Shown piece by piece: positions 18,781 through 27,635 of a DNA stretch of 38,630 nucleotides (within the stretch, counting starts at the first letter, position 1; every line of letters begins with the position of its first letter). Made by a program: the position numbers and the translations under genes. The stretch is from a virus (taxonomy: Duplodnaviria > Caudoviricetes): positions 1 through 38,630 of IMG/VR virus record IMGVR_UViG_3300049009_000262, one strand, 5' to 3'. The notes under the pieces were generated by a model that was not told the origin of the DNA, searched no databases, and saw nothing but the letters and a program-made list of their open reading frames with translations.

Positions 18781-19095
18781 ATGTTAGTTTCAAATTCAAA
18801 ATACACAGTAGGCGATATCATCGCACTCAAATTAGTCAATGGCGACGAAGTTGTTGGCAAGTTAACCTCAGAAACCGACGAAGGATATCTAATAGATAAA
18901 CCTTGTGTTATTGTTGGCAGTGCCAAGGGCATTGCACTAATTCAAGCTATGTTTAGTTTGGCCAAGGATAAGTCTATTGCTGTCAAAAAAGAACACATCA
19001 TAATGACCTGTGAAGCAATGGTTGAAATGAGAGACCATTACACAGAAGTTACCACTGGTATCAAGCCAGTCACAGCCGGATCAATTATAATCTAA
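18781..19095 (+). CDS. Hypothetical protein, Sm/SH3-like beta fold likely
   Basis: GDIIALKLVNGDEVVGK pattern. Confidence 0.6.
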   Translation: MLVSNSKYTVGDIIALKLVNGDEVVGKLTSETDEGYLIDKPCVIVGSAKGIALIQAMFSLAKDKSIAVKKEHIIMTCEAMVEMRDHYTEVTTGIKPVTAGSIII

Positions 19096-19096
19096 T

Positions 19097-19942
19097 ATGA
19101 GCGGACCGGTAACATATGGCGTTTGGCCCTTTGCTAGTACTGTCACTGTTGGAGACAACACCGGCGGTGGTGGCACGGGCGGTGCAACTCCTGTTATCAG
19201 TCCCGGTGCGGCAACATTTGCACAGACAGCCAACGATGACTTAGATGATGGGACTCCGGCTGGCAAGGCACGGGCCGAAGCCTATGTTAAAGAACAAATA
19301 GCCAACGGAACATTTAAACAGTCCGACGTTGACAAAGGCAATAATGTTGTTCCTAGAGAAATAGATAACCGCCCTCCACCTAATATCACTGGCACAACTG
19401 TTGATTGTACTGCTATCCATCAAGGGTTTAATCTTGGTACAAAGATTACCCCGACGACTACTTTAAAACAGTTTATCTACGACTACCCGGCTATTCCAAA
19501 TCACAAATATTCGTCGGTGCCAGCACAGATGGGATTAACCCCGGATCAGATTGTTTGTAACCTTGCCCATCTTTGCTTAAACGTCTGGGAGCCAGTTAAG
19601 GCAAAATATCCCAATGTCATTATGACTAATTCCTTGCGTACCGGATCTGCTGTTGGTGCAGGCCCGCACGGAACAGGGCAAGGTATGGACATACAGTTTG
19701 TTACATCCAAGGGCATTAGCATTGCACCTGCCGATTACTTTGCTATAGCATCCTGGATGAAAGAAAACATTGCCTACGATCAGATAATTTTAGAATATAG
19801 TACACAGCGCGGCTATACTGTTGCCTGGATACATTGCGGAATCTATGCTGGCACAGGCAAAAAAGTATCAGCTACCAACAAAGTTTTGACTATGATGAAT
19901 CATCAGGTCAGGGCAGTAGGCCTGGCCAACTTAGCTAATTAA
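19097..19942 (+). CDS. Peptidase M15-family (Zn D-Ala-D-Ala carboxypeptidase fold) protein
   Basis: SLR...HGTGQGMD (HxxxxxxD)...WIH Zn-ligand pattern. Confidence 0.75.
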   Translation: MSGPVTYGVWPFASTVTVGDNTGGGGTGGATPVISPGAATFAQTANDDLDDGTPAGKARAEAYVKEQIANGTFKQSDVDKGNNVVPREIDNRPPPNITGTTVDCTAIHQGFNLGTKITPTTTLKQFIYDYPAIPNHKYSSVPAQMGLTPDQIVCNLAHLCLNVWEPVKAKYPNVIMTNSLRTGSAVGAGPHGTGQGMDIQFVTSKGISIAPADYFAIASWMKENIAYDQIILEYSTQRGYTVAWIHCGIYAGTGKKVSATNKVLTMMNHQVRAVGLANLAN

Positions 19943-19948
19943 TAATAT

Positions 19949-21595
19949 ATGGGCGCACTAACTGGATTAATGGTCATTGCTGGGATTGGATTACTTAAAA
20001 ATGGTAGTCTAGGAGTCAGTCGCGACCTTACATCCATAGTAGATGAATTTAGTACAAAGAATATTAGCGGTGCAGTACAAAGCAGAGTTGCATCTGAAAG
20101 CACAGAGATAATCGATATTCTACGTTATGCACCGAGTTTTATGACAGGGTTACCACCGGCCGGCATTGATGGTTATACTGATTCTGAGGGCAACTTAACA
20201 GTTAGAAATATACCCGAAGCAGTTAGATCACAGGGTAAGAGCTTGTTTACTCCGGCAACTACTATAATGACTAATCGATTTAAATTCAGTGAGGGCAGTG
20301 ATGATGTTGGCGTCTTTGCCAGCATTTACGGAAAAGCCAGTGCATACTCAGCTCAGGCATTTTCTTTTGCAGGCAGTCTAGCTCAAAGCACTGGCCAGAA
20401 ATTCGATGACCTGGGTTTTCAGTTTAAAAACTACACTGACATCGCATCAGGTGGTATTACCAGTCAATTCAATTCCGAGGGCTTGCCGGCATTGGCCAAA
20501 GAAATGGCTAATCTAGGTACAATGTTTAGCACTAAAGATCTTAGTAAGATGTCCAGTGCTGGGTCGCTGGTTCAAAATTTGATTGATCAGGGACTTGGAC
20601 CTGTGGGCAACTTGGAGTCAGACGTTATCAATGCAAATATTGATTTAGCAAACCTAGACGAAGAATCCAATGACCAATTAATATATTTCTTGCACCAAAT
20701 CAAAGGTAGTGAACTAGATGAAATCATCGAAGTTACCAATTTCCGTCCGGCAAGACTTGACCGCATACTTTCACTGGCAGATGTATTAGATATTAACAAC
20801 CTGTTTACACCAACGGCCATTGGTGCTGTGGGAAGTGGCTCTAGCCTAGGTGATTTAAGCAATAAACTAAGCAACATTGGCGGAAATTTTAAAGATACAG
20901 CCAGTATAGGACAACTTTACAGCAGTCTAGACCTACGTAGCTTTCCCAAACTTAATGCTCTAGGTGGATTACTACCAGACAGTATCGGCGGTGGATTGGG
21001 TGCGCTTAGTGGCCTAATAGGTGTTGGCACTGGCACTTTTGGACAGCCAACTTTAAGAGATATGACTGCCAGTGCCAGTGGTGTTGGTTATACAGATGAT
21101 GTTAAAGCAATGGTTCAAGCACAAAAAGATTTGCTGGAATATGATGAAGATGTTTATAAATTTAAAGACTATTTAGAAACAGAAGAGACTCTGGATCCGT
21201 CTGCACTAGAAATCTTAATCAACAACATAAATCAGAAATCTGAATTGCAAGACATATTAAGTGCCAACAATCTCAAAATGATTAGTTGTGCTCAACGTTT
21301 AGGCATTGAAAAAGAAAATTTAAGCAAGGCCGGTATTGTGCCTGGTGCAAGTGCAGCCAGCGCAGACGGTTTAATGAACCTGTCCGGTCAACTGCACGGA
21401 CTAGGAGTAGACCCAACAGGTGCCGGTCTAGGTGAGCAATTATCTAGTATGGGAACCGATGACGTCTATGGAGAGGCAGTGCAAGCAAGCCTTATCGAAG
21501 GCAAAAATCTAGGTAAACTAGCGGTATTTGGCATTAATCCAGGAACAAAAATGGATCCAATGCAATATGCCAATAGTTTGCGTAACATCGGCTAA
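19949..21595 (+). CDS. Hypothetical virion (tail/baseplate-associated) protein
   Basis: 548 aa, Gly/Ser/Ala-rich and helical; GTGTFG motif; context. Confidence 0.55.
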   Translation: MGALTGLMVIAGIGLLKNGSLGVSRDLTSIVDEFSTKNISGAVQSRVASESTEIIDILRYAPSFMTGLPPAGIDGYTDSEGNLTVRNIPEAVRSQGKSLFTPATTIMTNRFKFSEGSDDVGVFASIYGKASAYSAQAFSFAGSLAQSTGQKFDDLGFQFKNYTDIASGGITSQFNSEGLPALAKEMANLGTMFSTKDLSKMSSAGSLVQNLIDQGLGPVGNLESDVINANIDLANLDEESNDQLIYFLHQIKGSELDEIIEVTNFRPARLDRILSLADVLDINNLFTPTAIGAVGSGSSLGDLSNKLSNIGGNFKDTASIGQLYSSLDLRSFPKLNALGGLLPDSIGGGLGALSGLIGVGTGTFGQPTLRDMTASASGVGYTDDVKAMVQAQKDLLEYDEDVYKFKDYLETEETLDPSALEILINNINQKSELQDILSANNLKMISCAQRLGIEKENLSKAGIVPGASAASADGLMNLSGQLHGLGVDPTGAGLGEQLSSMGTDDVYGEAVQASLIEGKNLGKLAVFGINPGTKMDPMQYANSLRNIG

Positions 21596-21687
21596 GGCCC
21601 TATTTACACTGTTGGTTATGCAACTTATATGTTAGTATAACTAGTATGTCAGATCAGTAAATATTTTACCGCAAAAAGGAGACTATT

Positions 21688-22296
21688 ATGTACGCAGAAA
21701 ATGCACGTAATAGGATGCTAGCGTTAATGACCTCGTTGTTTATAATGTTGTTGATGAGCTTGAATGTCAAACAACAGTTGAACGTAAGTCATTATCAAAA
21801 TCTAGTGTCTGAAACACAAGAACTTTTGATTAACACTCAAGAGTCCTTAAAAACTATTGTCCCTGCACTAGTTCCAGTACCTACTAAAATAGTAGATATG
21901 CGAACTGTTGCTATAGACAAATCAGAACTTCAATGTATGAGTGAGAACATATACTTTGAAGCAGCCTCACAGAGTTTAATAGGAAAGATTGCTGTAGGAC
22001 AAGTAGTCCTAAATAGAATGAAAAGCGGTCGTTATCCTAAAACAGTATGTGGAGTTATCAACCAACGAGTCAACGATATATGCCAGTTTAGCTGGAAATG
22101 CGAAGGCGAAAAAGAAATTCGCAACAAGACTGCCTGGAAACAAAGTCAGCAAGTGGCCTATGACTTACTAAGTCGCGACCGCAAGGATATGGTTGACCTT
22201 ACAGAAGGTGCCACACACTTCCACGGCACCAGTGTCAGGCCAGGTTGGAATCTTAAATTACTAACTAAGATAGACGATCATTTGTTCTATAGGTAG
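21688..22296 (+). CDS. Cell wall hydrolase, SleB/Hydrolase_2 family, N-terminal membrane anchor
   Basis: CMSENIYFEA, VGQVVLNR, YPKTVCGVI, CQFSW, GATHFH, IDDHLFY; TAAATA at 21658-21663. Confidence 0.9.
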   Translation: MYAENARNRMLALMTSLFIMLLMSLNVKQQLNVSHYQNLVSETQELLINTQESLKTIVPALVPVPTKIVDMRTVAIDKSELQCMSENIYFEAASQSLIGKIAVGQVVLNRMKSGRYPKTVCGVINQRVNDICQFSWKCEGEKEIRNKTAWKQSQQVAYDLLSRDRKDMVDLTEGATHFHGTSVRPGWNLKLLTKIDDHLFYR

Positions 22297-22333
22297 TCAA
22301 GGGTTAAATACTTTAGTACATAAAGGGGCAAAT

Positions 22334-22547
22334 ATGTCACACAATGCTAAAGTGCAAGACCGGTTAGGCAACCTTGAAGACGATGTAACTGATGATCTCG
22401 ATATCGACGATTCAGATTACGGCTTCATTATCAGTAGTAGTGGAGAACTAAAGACATTTTCCGCCTAAACAAATCTTAAAGATATTTAAAATTTATAAAA
22501 TCAACAATGTATCAGAAGTCTTAACTGGCTCTGGTACCCTGCACTAA
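22334..22547 (+). pseudogene. Small acidic protein gene split by a +1 frame break
   Basis: ORF 22334-22468 (...DYGFIISSSGELKTFSA*) continues in +1 frame PPKQILKIFKIYKINNVSEVLTGSGTLH* to 22547; TAAATA at 22305-22310 and AGGGG RBS. Confidence 0.5.
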
Positions 22548-22551
22548 GCAA

Positions 22552-22580
22552 TTGACAACTCTGGTTTGTTCTGCTATACT
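22552..22580 (+). promoter_or_regulatory. sigma70 promoter, leaderless-type
   Basis: TTGACA-17nt-TATACT; ATG 6 nt downstream (22587). Confidence 0.75.
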
Positions 22581-22586
22581 AGCAGG

Positions 22587-22853
22587 ATGAAATTAGTAAA
22601 AGTACAACGACATTGGAAATTGTCCACTGCTGGAATGACAGTGGCGTTTCGCTTTGACCATTGGCACCCTGGCGTGTACCAAATTGAGCAATACCTGCGT
22701 GATACTTACGGGCAAGAGTCTTATTCCTACGAAAATTCTAAGCAATGGAAATCACACTGGTCCAAGGTGAATTCCACCGGGCACCGCCCTTTCTTTATTG
22801 GGCTTCGTAATGCAGATATTGCTACTTTAATTCTGTTGCGTTTTAGCAACTAA
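22587..22853 (+). CDS. Hypothetical early protein
   Basis: ORF from ATG 22587 directly after the promoter. Confidence 0.65.
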   Translation: MKLVKVQRHWKLSTAGMTVAFRFDHWHPGVYQIEQYLRDTYGQESYSYENSKQWKSHWSKVNSTGHRPFFIGLRNADIATLILLRFSN

Positions 22854-22887
22854 AACGGTAGACGGTTTTCCCGTTTTGTAGTATAAT
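22852..22887 (+). promoter_or_regulatory. Early sigma70 promoter with AAAACGG-N12-CCGTTTT palindrome
   Basis: TAGACG-17nt-TATAAT; downstream AGGAG RBS. Confidence 0.7.
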
Positions 22888-22916
22888 ACAACTTCAGTTA
22901 CTAAACAGGAGCCCGT

Positions 22917-23198
22917 ATGTATTACAGTTCTTTGCCAGTTAGTACTTTATATGTAAAAGCTAACTTCAAACGTAGCCCATATAAAAACGCTATTGTCACG
23001 TTTCGTTTAGTAGGGCATACCTATGCAGAATTTACTGCAAACAAAGCCCTAATGTTAGTGGACACTAACCCCGACACTGTAACGCTAGAGCAGGTGTATG
23101 CTATAGCGGAAACTATGCGTGTCAAAGCAAATGCACTAAAAGTTGTGGTAAAAATGCCACAGCCTGTGTATAAAAAGCTGGCAAAACGTAGTACGTAA
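22917..23198 (+). CDS. Hypothetical early protein
   Basis: AGGAG RBS, 93 aa. Confidence 0.65.
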   Translation: MYYSSLPVSTLYVKANFKRSPYKNAIVTFRLVGHTYAEFTANKALMLVDTNPDTVTLEQVYAIAETMRVKANALKVVVKMPQPVYKKLAKRST

Positions 23199-23297
23199 GT
23201 ACTACTTTTAAGTTAGTGCTTACTAACCTACAGAATTGCTTAATTTTTAAGCAATTTGTTGCAAAAAACCCACAAAAAAATCACAAAAAACACCGAA

Positions 23298-23333
23298 ATT
23301 TCGGTTGACGTAGAGCCCGTTTTGCGCTATAAT
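23298..23333 (+). promoter_or_regulatory. Early sigma70 promoter, leaderless-type, with CGG-N12-CCG
   Basis: TTGACG-17nt-TATAAT; ATG at 23340. Confidence 0.75.
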
Positions 23334-23339
23334 ACTAGT

Positions 23340-23666
23340 ATGGAAAGCAAAACAGTAACCCGTAAACGCCGTCAAGATACCAAGCACGCCGTGTATATGT
23401 TAGTAAACACTAACACAAACGAAGCGTATGTTGGTATCACTGTCTGCGGTGCCCAAGTTAACAAGGCACTCAAAGTGCGTTTTCAAAAGCACGTTCGTCG
23501 TGCAGTTACAGAAAACAAAGATTGGGCCCTGTGCCGTAGCATCCGCACTCACGGTGCTGACGCTTTTGTAATGCTCTTGGTTGACATTGTGCGTGGTCGT
23601 AAGCCTGCTCACAAAGTTGAACGTGAGATCATTAACGGCAATGCACCTGCATTGAACAGCCACTAA
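23340..23666 (+). CDS. Stand-alone GIY-YIG nuclease-domain protein
   Basis: AVYMLVN..NEAYVGIT...RFQKH...E; start reassigned to ATG 23340. Confidence 0.7.
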   Translation: MESKTVTRKRRQDTKHAVYMLVNTNTNEAYVGITVCGAQVNKALKVRFQKHVRRAVTENKDWALCRSIRTHGADAFVMLLVDIVRGRKPAHKVEREIINGNAPALNSH

Positions 23667-23701
23667 AACGGTTGACATCGAGCCCGTTTTAGTGTTATAA
23701 T
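23661..23701 (+). promoter_or_regulatory. Early sigma70 promoter inside an 11-bp inverted repeat
   Basis: cactaaaacgg-TTGACAtcgagc-ccgttttagtg, then TATAAT 23696-23701; AAGGAG RBS downstream. Confidence 0.75.
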
Positions 23702-23724
23702 ATAGACATAGTAAGGAGTAGACG

Positions 23725-23877
23725 ATGTTAAGAACTCAAGTAAAACAGAAACAGTTCAAAAAAGACCGATTCGCTACTGTCCGAGCAATTATGTCCGAGT
23801 ACGGCTTTCCCCTGCGTCTTGTGATGTGCGGCAAGGTTGACAACGGTCGATTCTATCTCACTAACCGCACCAAATAA
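23725..23877 (+). CDS. Small basic hypothetical protein (50 aa; absent from the ORF track)
   Basis: AAGGAG RBS; MLRTQVKQKQFKKDRF...NRTK*. Confidence 0.6.
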   Translation: MLRTQVKQKQFKKDRFATVRAIMSEYGFPLRLVMCGKVDNGRFYLTNRTK

Positions 23878-23887
23878 GGAGCAGACA

Positions 23888-24121
23888 ATGATTGCAGAAG
23901 TAACTACACATTCCGGCTATTACGATCAACGCCACGGTGGTCCATACGACCGCGGTCAAGCAGATTCGTACTACGGTCGTGATTATTGGCCTCACTACTT
24001 TGTAGGCGATACCCATAAATCACCTCGCATTGATATGGAGCAGATGACTGCCGCAGAGCTTACGGCCTACACCGCAGGCTATCGTGACAACGAAGCCAAC
24101 GGCGACAAGAAAGAATATTGA
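23888..24121 (+). CDS. Hypothetical phage protein (RHGGPYDRG..DSYY type)
   Basis: AAGGAG RBS before ATG 23888. Confidence 0.7.
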   Translation: MIAEVTTHSGYYDQRHGGPYDRGQADSYYGRDYWPHYFVGDTHKSPRIDMEQMTAAELTAYTAGYRDNEANGDKKEY

Positions 24122-24468
24122 TGAAATTCTACGCCGAGACAACCAAGTGGCCCGACACGATGCCCAACGGCACCTACTTGCTCAACGACAGCAAGACAAA
24201 GATGTTTGCCTACATCAGGCCCAATGGTGTTGAAGTAAAAGAATTTAAAAAGCCTATCAATATTGATACTCGTGGCCGCAAGTTTGTTGAAGTTAAAAAC
24301 ACCTTTGGTTTTAAGATTGCCAAAGTTAAGCCTGCTAACCCACAGTGGCAAGTTACAGGCAGTAAGGGTGACGTTTACATTGTAGAGCAAACCGAAAACG
24401 GTCTGACCTGCACTTGCAGTGGATTTAAATTCCGAGGCGCTTGTAAACACGTTAAAGAGATTGCATAA
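24121..24468 (+). CDS. SWIM zinc-finger protein
   Basis: VTGSKGDVYIV...CTCSGFKFRGACKHV (CxC...CxH). Confidence 0.75.
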   Translation: MKFYAETTKWPDTMPNGTYLLNDSKTKMFAYIRPNGVEVKEFKKPINIDTRGRKFVEVKNTFGFKIAKVKPANPQWQVTGSKGDVYIVEQTENGLTCTCSGFKFRGACKHVKEIA

Positions 24469-24560
24469 TGGCCTGGGTTGGAGTTATACTGTTAATAATC
24501 GTAGGTCATCCTATGTTGGCAGTATTGTTAGCATTTTTTATCTTAATGTTAGGAAATTAA
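24468..24560 (+). CDS. Small membrane peptide (30 aa; absent from the ORF track)
   Basis: TAATG overlap; MAWVGVILLIIVGHPMLAVLLAFFILMLGN*. Confidence 0.55.
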   Translation: MAWVGVILLIIVGHPMLAVLLAFFILMLGN

Positions 24561-24561
24561 A

Positions 24562-24984
24562 ATGGGTTTGGATATGTATGCCTATGTGGCAAATAAAGCA
24601 GGCCAGCACGAAGAGTTCTTTGAACAAGATGGCCTTAGGTATGACAATGGCAATTGGGTAGGTGGAGACCCAAGTGTGCCGCAGACAGAAGAAATCGCTT
24701 ATTGGCGTAAGCACCCCAATCTTCACGGTTGGATGGAACAACTTTGGCAAAAGAAGAACCCCGAGGATATATCTGATTTTAACTGCGTCGAGCTTGAGCT
24801 AACATTAGAAGATATCAATGAGCTAGAAACGGCTGTTACTTTTCGCAGACTGCCATCGACCACTGGATTCTTTTTTGGCAACGACTCGGACAGCCATTAT
24901 TTTGAAAAAGACATAGAGTTCATTGAACGAGCAAGACTTGCCATTGACAAAGGCAAGAAAGTGTTTTATAATAGCAGTTGGTAA
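24562..24984 (+). CDS. Hypothetical phage protein (MGLDMY...YWRKHPNLHGWM type)
   Basis: 140 aa ORF with AGGA RBS. Confidence 0.75.
   Translation: MGLDMYAYVANKAGQHEEFFEQDGLRYDNGNWVGGDPSVPQTEEIAYWRKHPNLHGWMEQLWQKKNPEDISDFNCVELELTLEDINELETAVTFRRLPSTTGFFFGNDSDSHYFEKDIEFIERARLAIDKGKKVFYNSSW
24944..24972 (+). promoter_or_regulatory. Consensus sigma70 promoter for DNA ligase, inside the upstream CDS
   Basis: TTGACA-17nt-TATAAT. Confidence 0.75.
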
Positions 24985-25001
24985 CTTCAAAGAGGCCCAC
25001 A

Positions 25002-26315
25002 ATGGATAAACCCTGGCAGGTAATTAGCGACTTGGAGATGCACTCTAGTCGTATCAACAAAGAACAAATCGTTGAGGCACAGGCCCAATTTGGTAACACA
25101 GAGTTTTTTGAGGGCGCACGTCTTGCGCTGGACTCAATGGTTACCTTTGGTGTTGCCAAAGTGCCTGAGCGCACAGGCCTAGATGGTCCCGGTGTTGATT
25201 GGGATAGTTTTAGCTTGATCCTAACCGGTTTTGTTAATCGAACCTTTACTGGCAACCTGGGCCGAGACACCTTGGCCCAGCTGATGAGCCAGTGTACTAA
25301 TGCACAATGGAACGGATGGTACCGTCGCATTCTAATCAAAGATTTGCGTTGTGGCGTCAGTGAAAAGACCATTAACAAGGTAGTTGAGGTTGAATATCCT
25401 GACTATGCTGTTCCTGTGTTCGGCTGTCAGTTGGCGCACGACTCTAGCAACCACGAAAGCAAGGTTGCCGGTAAGAAGCTGATTGAAGTTAAGCTAGATG
25501 GTGTTCGCATTATTACCATTGTGCATCCTGAAGGTCGTGTTGACCAGTTTAGCCGTAACGGCAAAGAGCTGGTAAACTTTCCGCACATCAAAGAGCAGTT
25601 TGCTTCCATTGCAGACACCTTGTTGGAGCCTTGGGTATTTGATGGCGAGATTATGTCGTCAAGTTTCCAAGACTTAATGAAGCAGGTACATCGCAAGAGC
25701 AATGTCAAAGCCAACGATGCCGTGTTGCATTTATTTGATTGCATTCCTTTGGTTCACTTTGAACAAGGACAATGGAACGCCACACAGGAATTTCGTAGCA
25801 GTCATTTAGAAACATTTATGGATACACACCAAGATGTCTTGCCCAATGTGACAATGGTGGGACAAGAATTGGTGGACTTGGACACTGCGGCAGGACAGAA
25901 AACCTACAAAGATATCAATGCCCGTGCCATTGCCGGCGGCTATGAAGGTATTATGATCAAGAATCCGGATGCACCATATGAGTGCAAACGAAGTGTGGCC
26001 TGGCTTAAATTAAAGCCTTTTATCGAAGTAACTCTGGAGGTAGTCGATGTTGAAGAAGGAACAGGAAAAAACGTCGGACGGTTGGGGGCAATTGTGTGCC
26101 GAGGAGAGGACGACGGAAGAAACATTCAAGTTAACTGTGGTTCTGGCTTTAGCGACAGCGATCGCGGCACCTATTGGTCTAATCGCGATCGATTGGTTGG
26201 TCACCTTGTGGAAATAAGGGCAGATGCTATTACACAAAATCAAGATGGCACTTATAGCCTACGTTTTCCGCGTTTCCTCCGTTTCCGAGGGTTTGAAGTG
26301 GGCGAGAAGATTTAA
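25002..26315 (+). CDS. ATP-dependent DNA ligase
   Basis: EVKLDGVR (motif I), DGEI, EGIMIK, WLKLK, GSGFSD, SLRFPRF; GAGG RBS before ATG 25002. Confidence 0.95.
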   Translation: MDKPWQVISDLEMHSSRINKEQIVEAQAQFGNTEFFEGARLALDSMVTFGVAKVPERTGLDGPGVDWDSFSLILTGFVNRTFTGNLGRDTLAQLMSQCTNAQWNGWYRRILIKDLRCGVSEKTINKVVEVEYPDYAVPVFGCQLAHDSSNHESKVAGKKLIEVKLDGVRIITIVHPEGRVDQFSRNGKELVNFPHIKEQFASIADTLLEPWVFDGEIMSSSFQDLMKQVHRKSNVKANDAVLHLFDCIPLVHFEQGQWNATQEFRSSHLETFMDTHQDVLPNVTMVGQELVDLDTAAGQKTYKDINARAIAGGYEGIMIKNPDAPYECKRSVAWLKLKPFIEVTLEVVDVEEGTGKNVGRLGAIVCRGEDDGRNIQVNCGSGFSDSDRGTYWSNRDRLVGHLVEIRADAITQNQDGTYSLRFPRFLRFRGFEVGEKI

Positions 26316-26316
26316 C

Positions 26317-26550
26317 GTGGAAAAACAAGCTATTAAAGATCTGATGTATGGCGGCATCAGTGAACTAATGCAACGCCGCGACTACTACTACCACAGCGAT
26401 ATCAATCCACTGTACAGTCACTGGACTGACCAAGGTGCAATAGTATTAAAAAAATATGTCGATGACATATCTAGGTATATCTGGGACGCTGAACAAGCGG
26501 CCCTGGACCAACGTGCCAAGGACATTGTCCTCAACGAACTTAAAAAATAA
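26317..26550 (+). CDS. Hypothetical protein
   Basis: GTG start just after the ligase stop. Confidence 0.6.
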   Translation: MEKQAIKDLMYGGISELMQRRDYYYHSDINPLYSHWTDQGAIVLKKYVDDISRYIWDAEQAALDQRAKDIVLNELKK

Positions 26551-26562
26551 TTTGGAGTTAAA

Positions 26563-26844
26563 ATGAAAAATATTGAAATTCAAGGCGAAACAGCCGCTGA
26601 TCGAAATAGCTGGCTACGCAATCTTTTGGTTGACGGAGTCTACGATGTTACCTTTACCAAGGTAAATGGTGAGATCCGAACAATGCCTTGTACGCTAAAA
26701 CGTGATCTATTGCCACCAATGGCGCTCAAAGAAACGGCCACGGAAAAAGTAAACAAAACAGAAACTCTTGGCGTTTGGTGTATGGACAAACAAGAGTGGC
26801 GCAGTTTTCGTGTTATGAATGTAACGGAGGTTATTCGACTATGA
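26563..26844 (+). CDS. WYL_2/Sm-like SH3 beta-barrel protein
   Basis: VTFTKVNGEIRTMPCTL...WCMDKQEWRSFRV. Confidence 0.7.
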   Translation: MKNIEIQGETAADRNSWLRNLLVDGVYDVTFTKVNGEIRTMPCTLKRDLLPPMALKETATEKVNKTETLGVWCMDKQEWRSFRVMNVTEVIRL

Positions 26845-27068
26845 ATACCAGTAAAATTGATCCTGCCACAGACATTTCAAAGATTGAGCGTACCAGTGAA
26901 ACAACCTGGGTAATTACTCTTGAAGAAGATCCCGAAACTGGTGACTTGATTATGCCCTTGCCCGATGAGCTGTTGGCAGCACAGGGTTGGAAAATTGGTG
27001 ACGAACTAACTTGGGATATGAAAGATTCGGGCGAAATTAGTTTAATCAAACAGTCAACTAAAACCTGA
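26841..27068 (+). CDS. AbrB/MazE/SpoVT-like swapped-hairpin protein
   Basis: GDLIMPLPDELLAAQGWKIGDELTW; GGAGG RBS; ATGA overlap. Confidence 0.65.
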   Translation: MNTSKIDPATDISKIERTSETTWVITLEEDPETGDLIMPLPDELLAAQGWKIGDELTWDMKDSGEISLIKQSTKT

Positions 27069-27139
27069 GCTACCGCGTTATATATATGTAACAGGAAAGT
27101 TCTTGCTACAACGTCAACTCAACCTTAAAAGGACCTAAA

Positions 27140-27376
27140 ATGACTAAACTTATTGCTTTGATTGCTACTCTCGCTACCGCTACCGCTTTCGCCGCAGAAC
27201 CTGCTAAGAAAGAAGAAAAGAAGGCTGATGCCAAACCTGCTGTTGCCGCTCCTGCCGCACCAGCACCAGCCGCAAGTGCTCCTGTTGCCGCTCCTGCTAA
27301 GAAGGAGGAAGCCAAAAAGGCTGACGCAAAAAGCGAGCCAGCCAAGGATAAAAAAGCCGAAGCTCCTAAGAAGTAA
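27140..27376 (+). CDS. Small secreted Ala/Lys/Pro-rich protein
   Basis: Signal peptide MTKLIALIATLATATAFA|A; AAGGA RBS; low-complexity mature part. Confidence 0.75.
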   Translation: MTKLIALIATLATATAFAAEPAKKEEKKADAKPAVAAPAAPAPAASAPVAAPAKKEEAKKADAKSEPAKDKKAEAPKK

Positions 27377-27570
27377 TCCACTAAGGTACTCGTTAATCAA
27401 TTTCAATGGGCTAGACCCAGCAGAAGTTAATGTTGATGACGAGGCCTTGTGTGCTAGTTCAACACGTAAGACGAGGTTAGTTCATAATTATGATGACGAT
27501 GAAGAACTCTCAGATTACGTAAAGGCTAGACTATTAGTTGCTCGTGCCTTGGCAATGAGTAAGTATAAAG

Positions 27571-27600
27571 AAGTTTGGGGGTAATACCCCAAACTTTTTT
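27571..27600 (+). terminator. Rho-independent terminator
   Basis: aagtttgggg-gtaata-ccccaaactt followed by a T run. Confidence 0.8.
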
Positions 27601-27601
27601 C

Positions 27602-27630
27602 TTGACTGCGCCACAGTAAAGTGATAAAAT
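27602..27630 (+). promoter_or_regulatory. sigma70 promoter, leaderless-type
   Basis: TTGACT-17nt-TAAAAT with TGn; ATG at 27636. Confidence 0.7.
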
Positions 27631-27635
27631 ATAGT

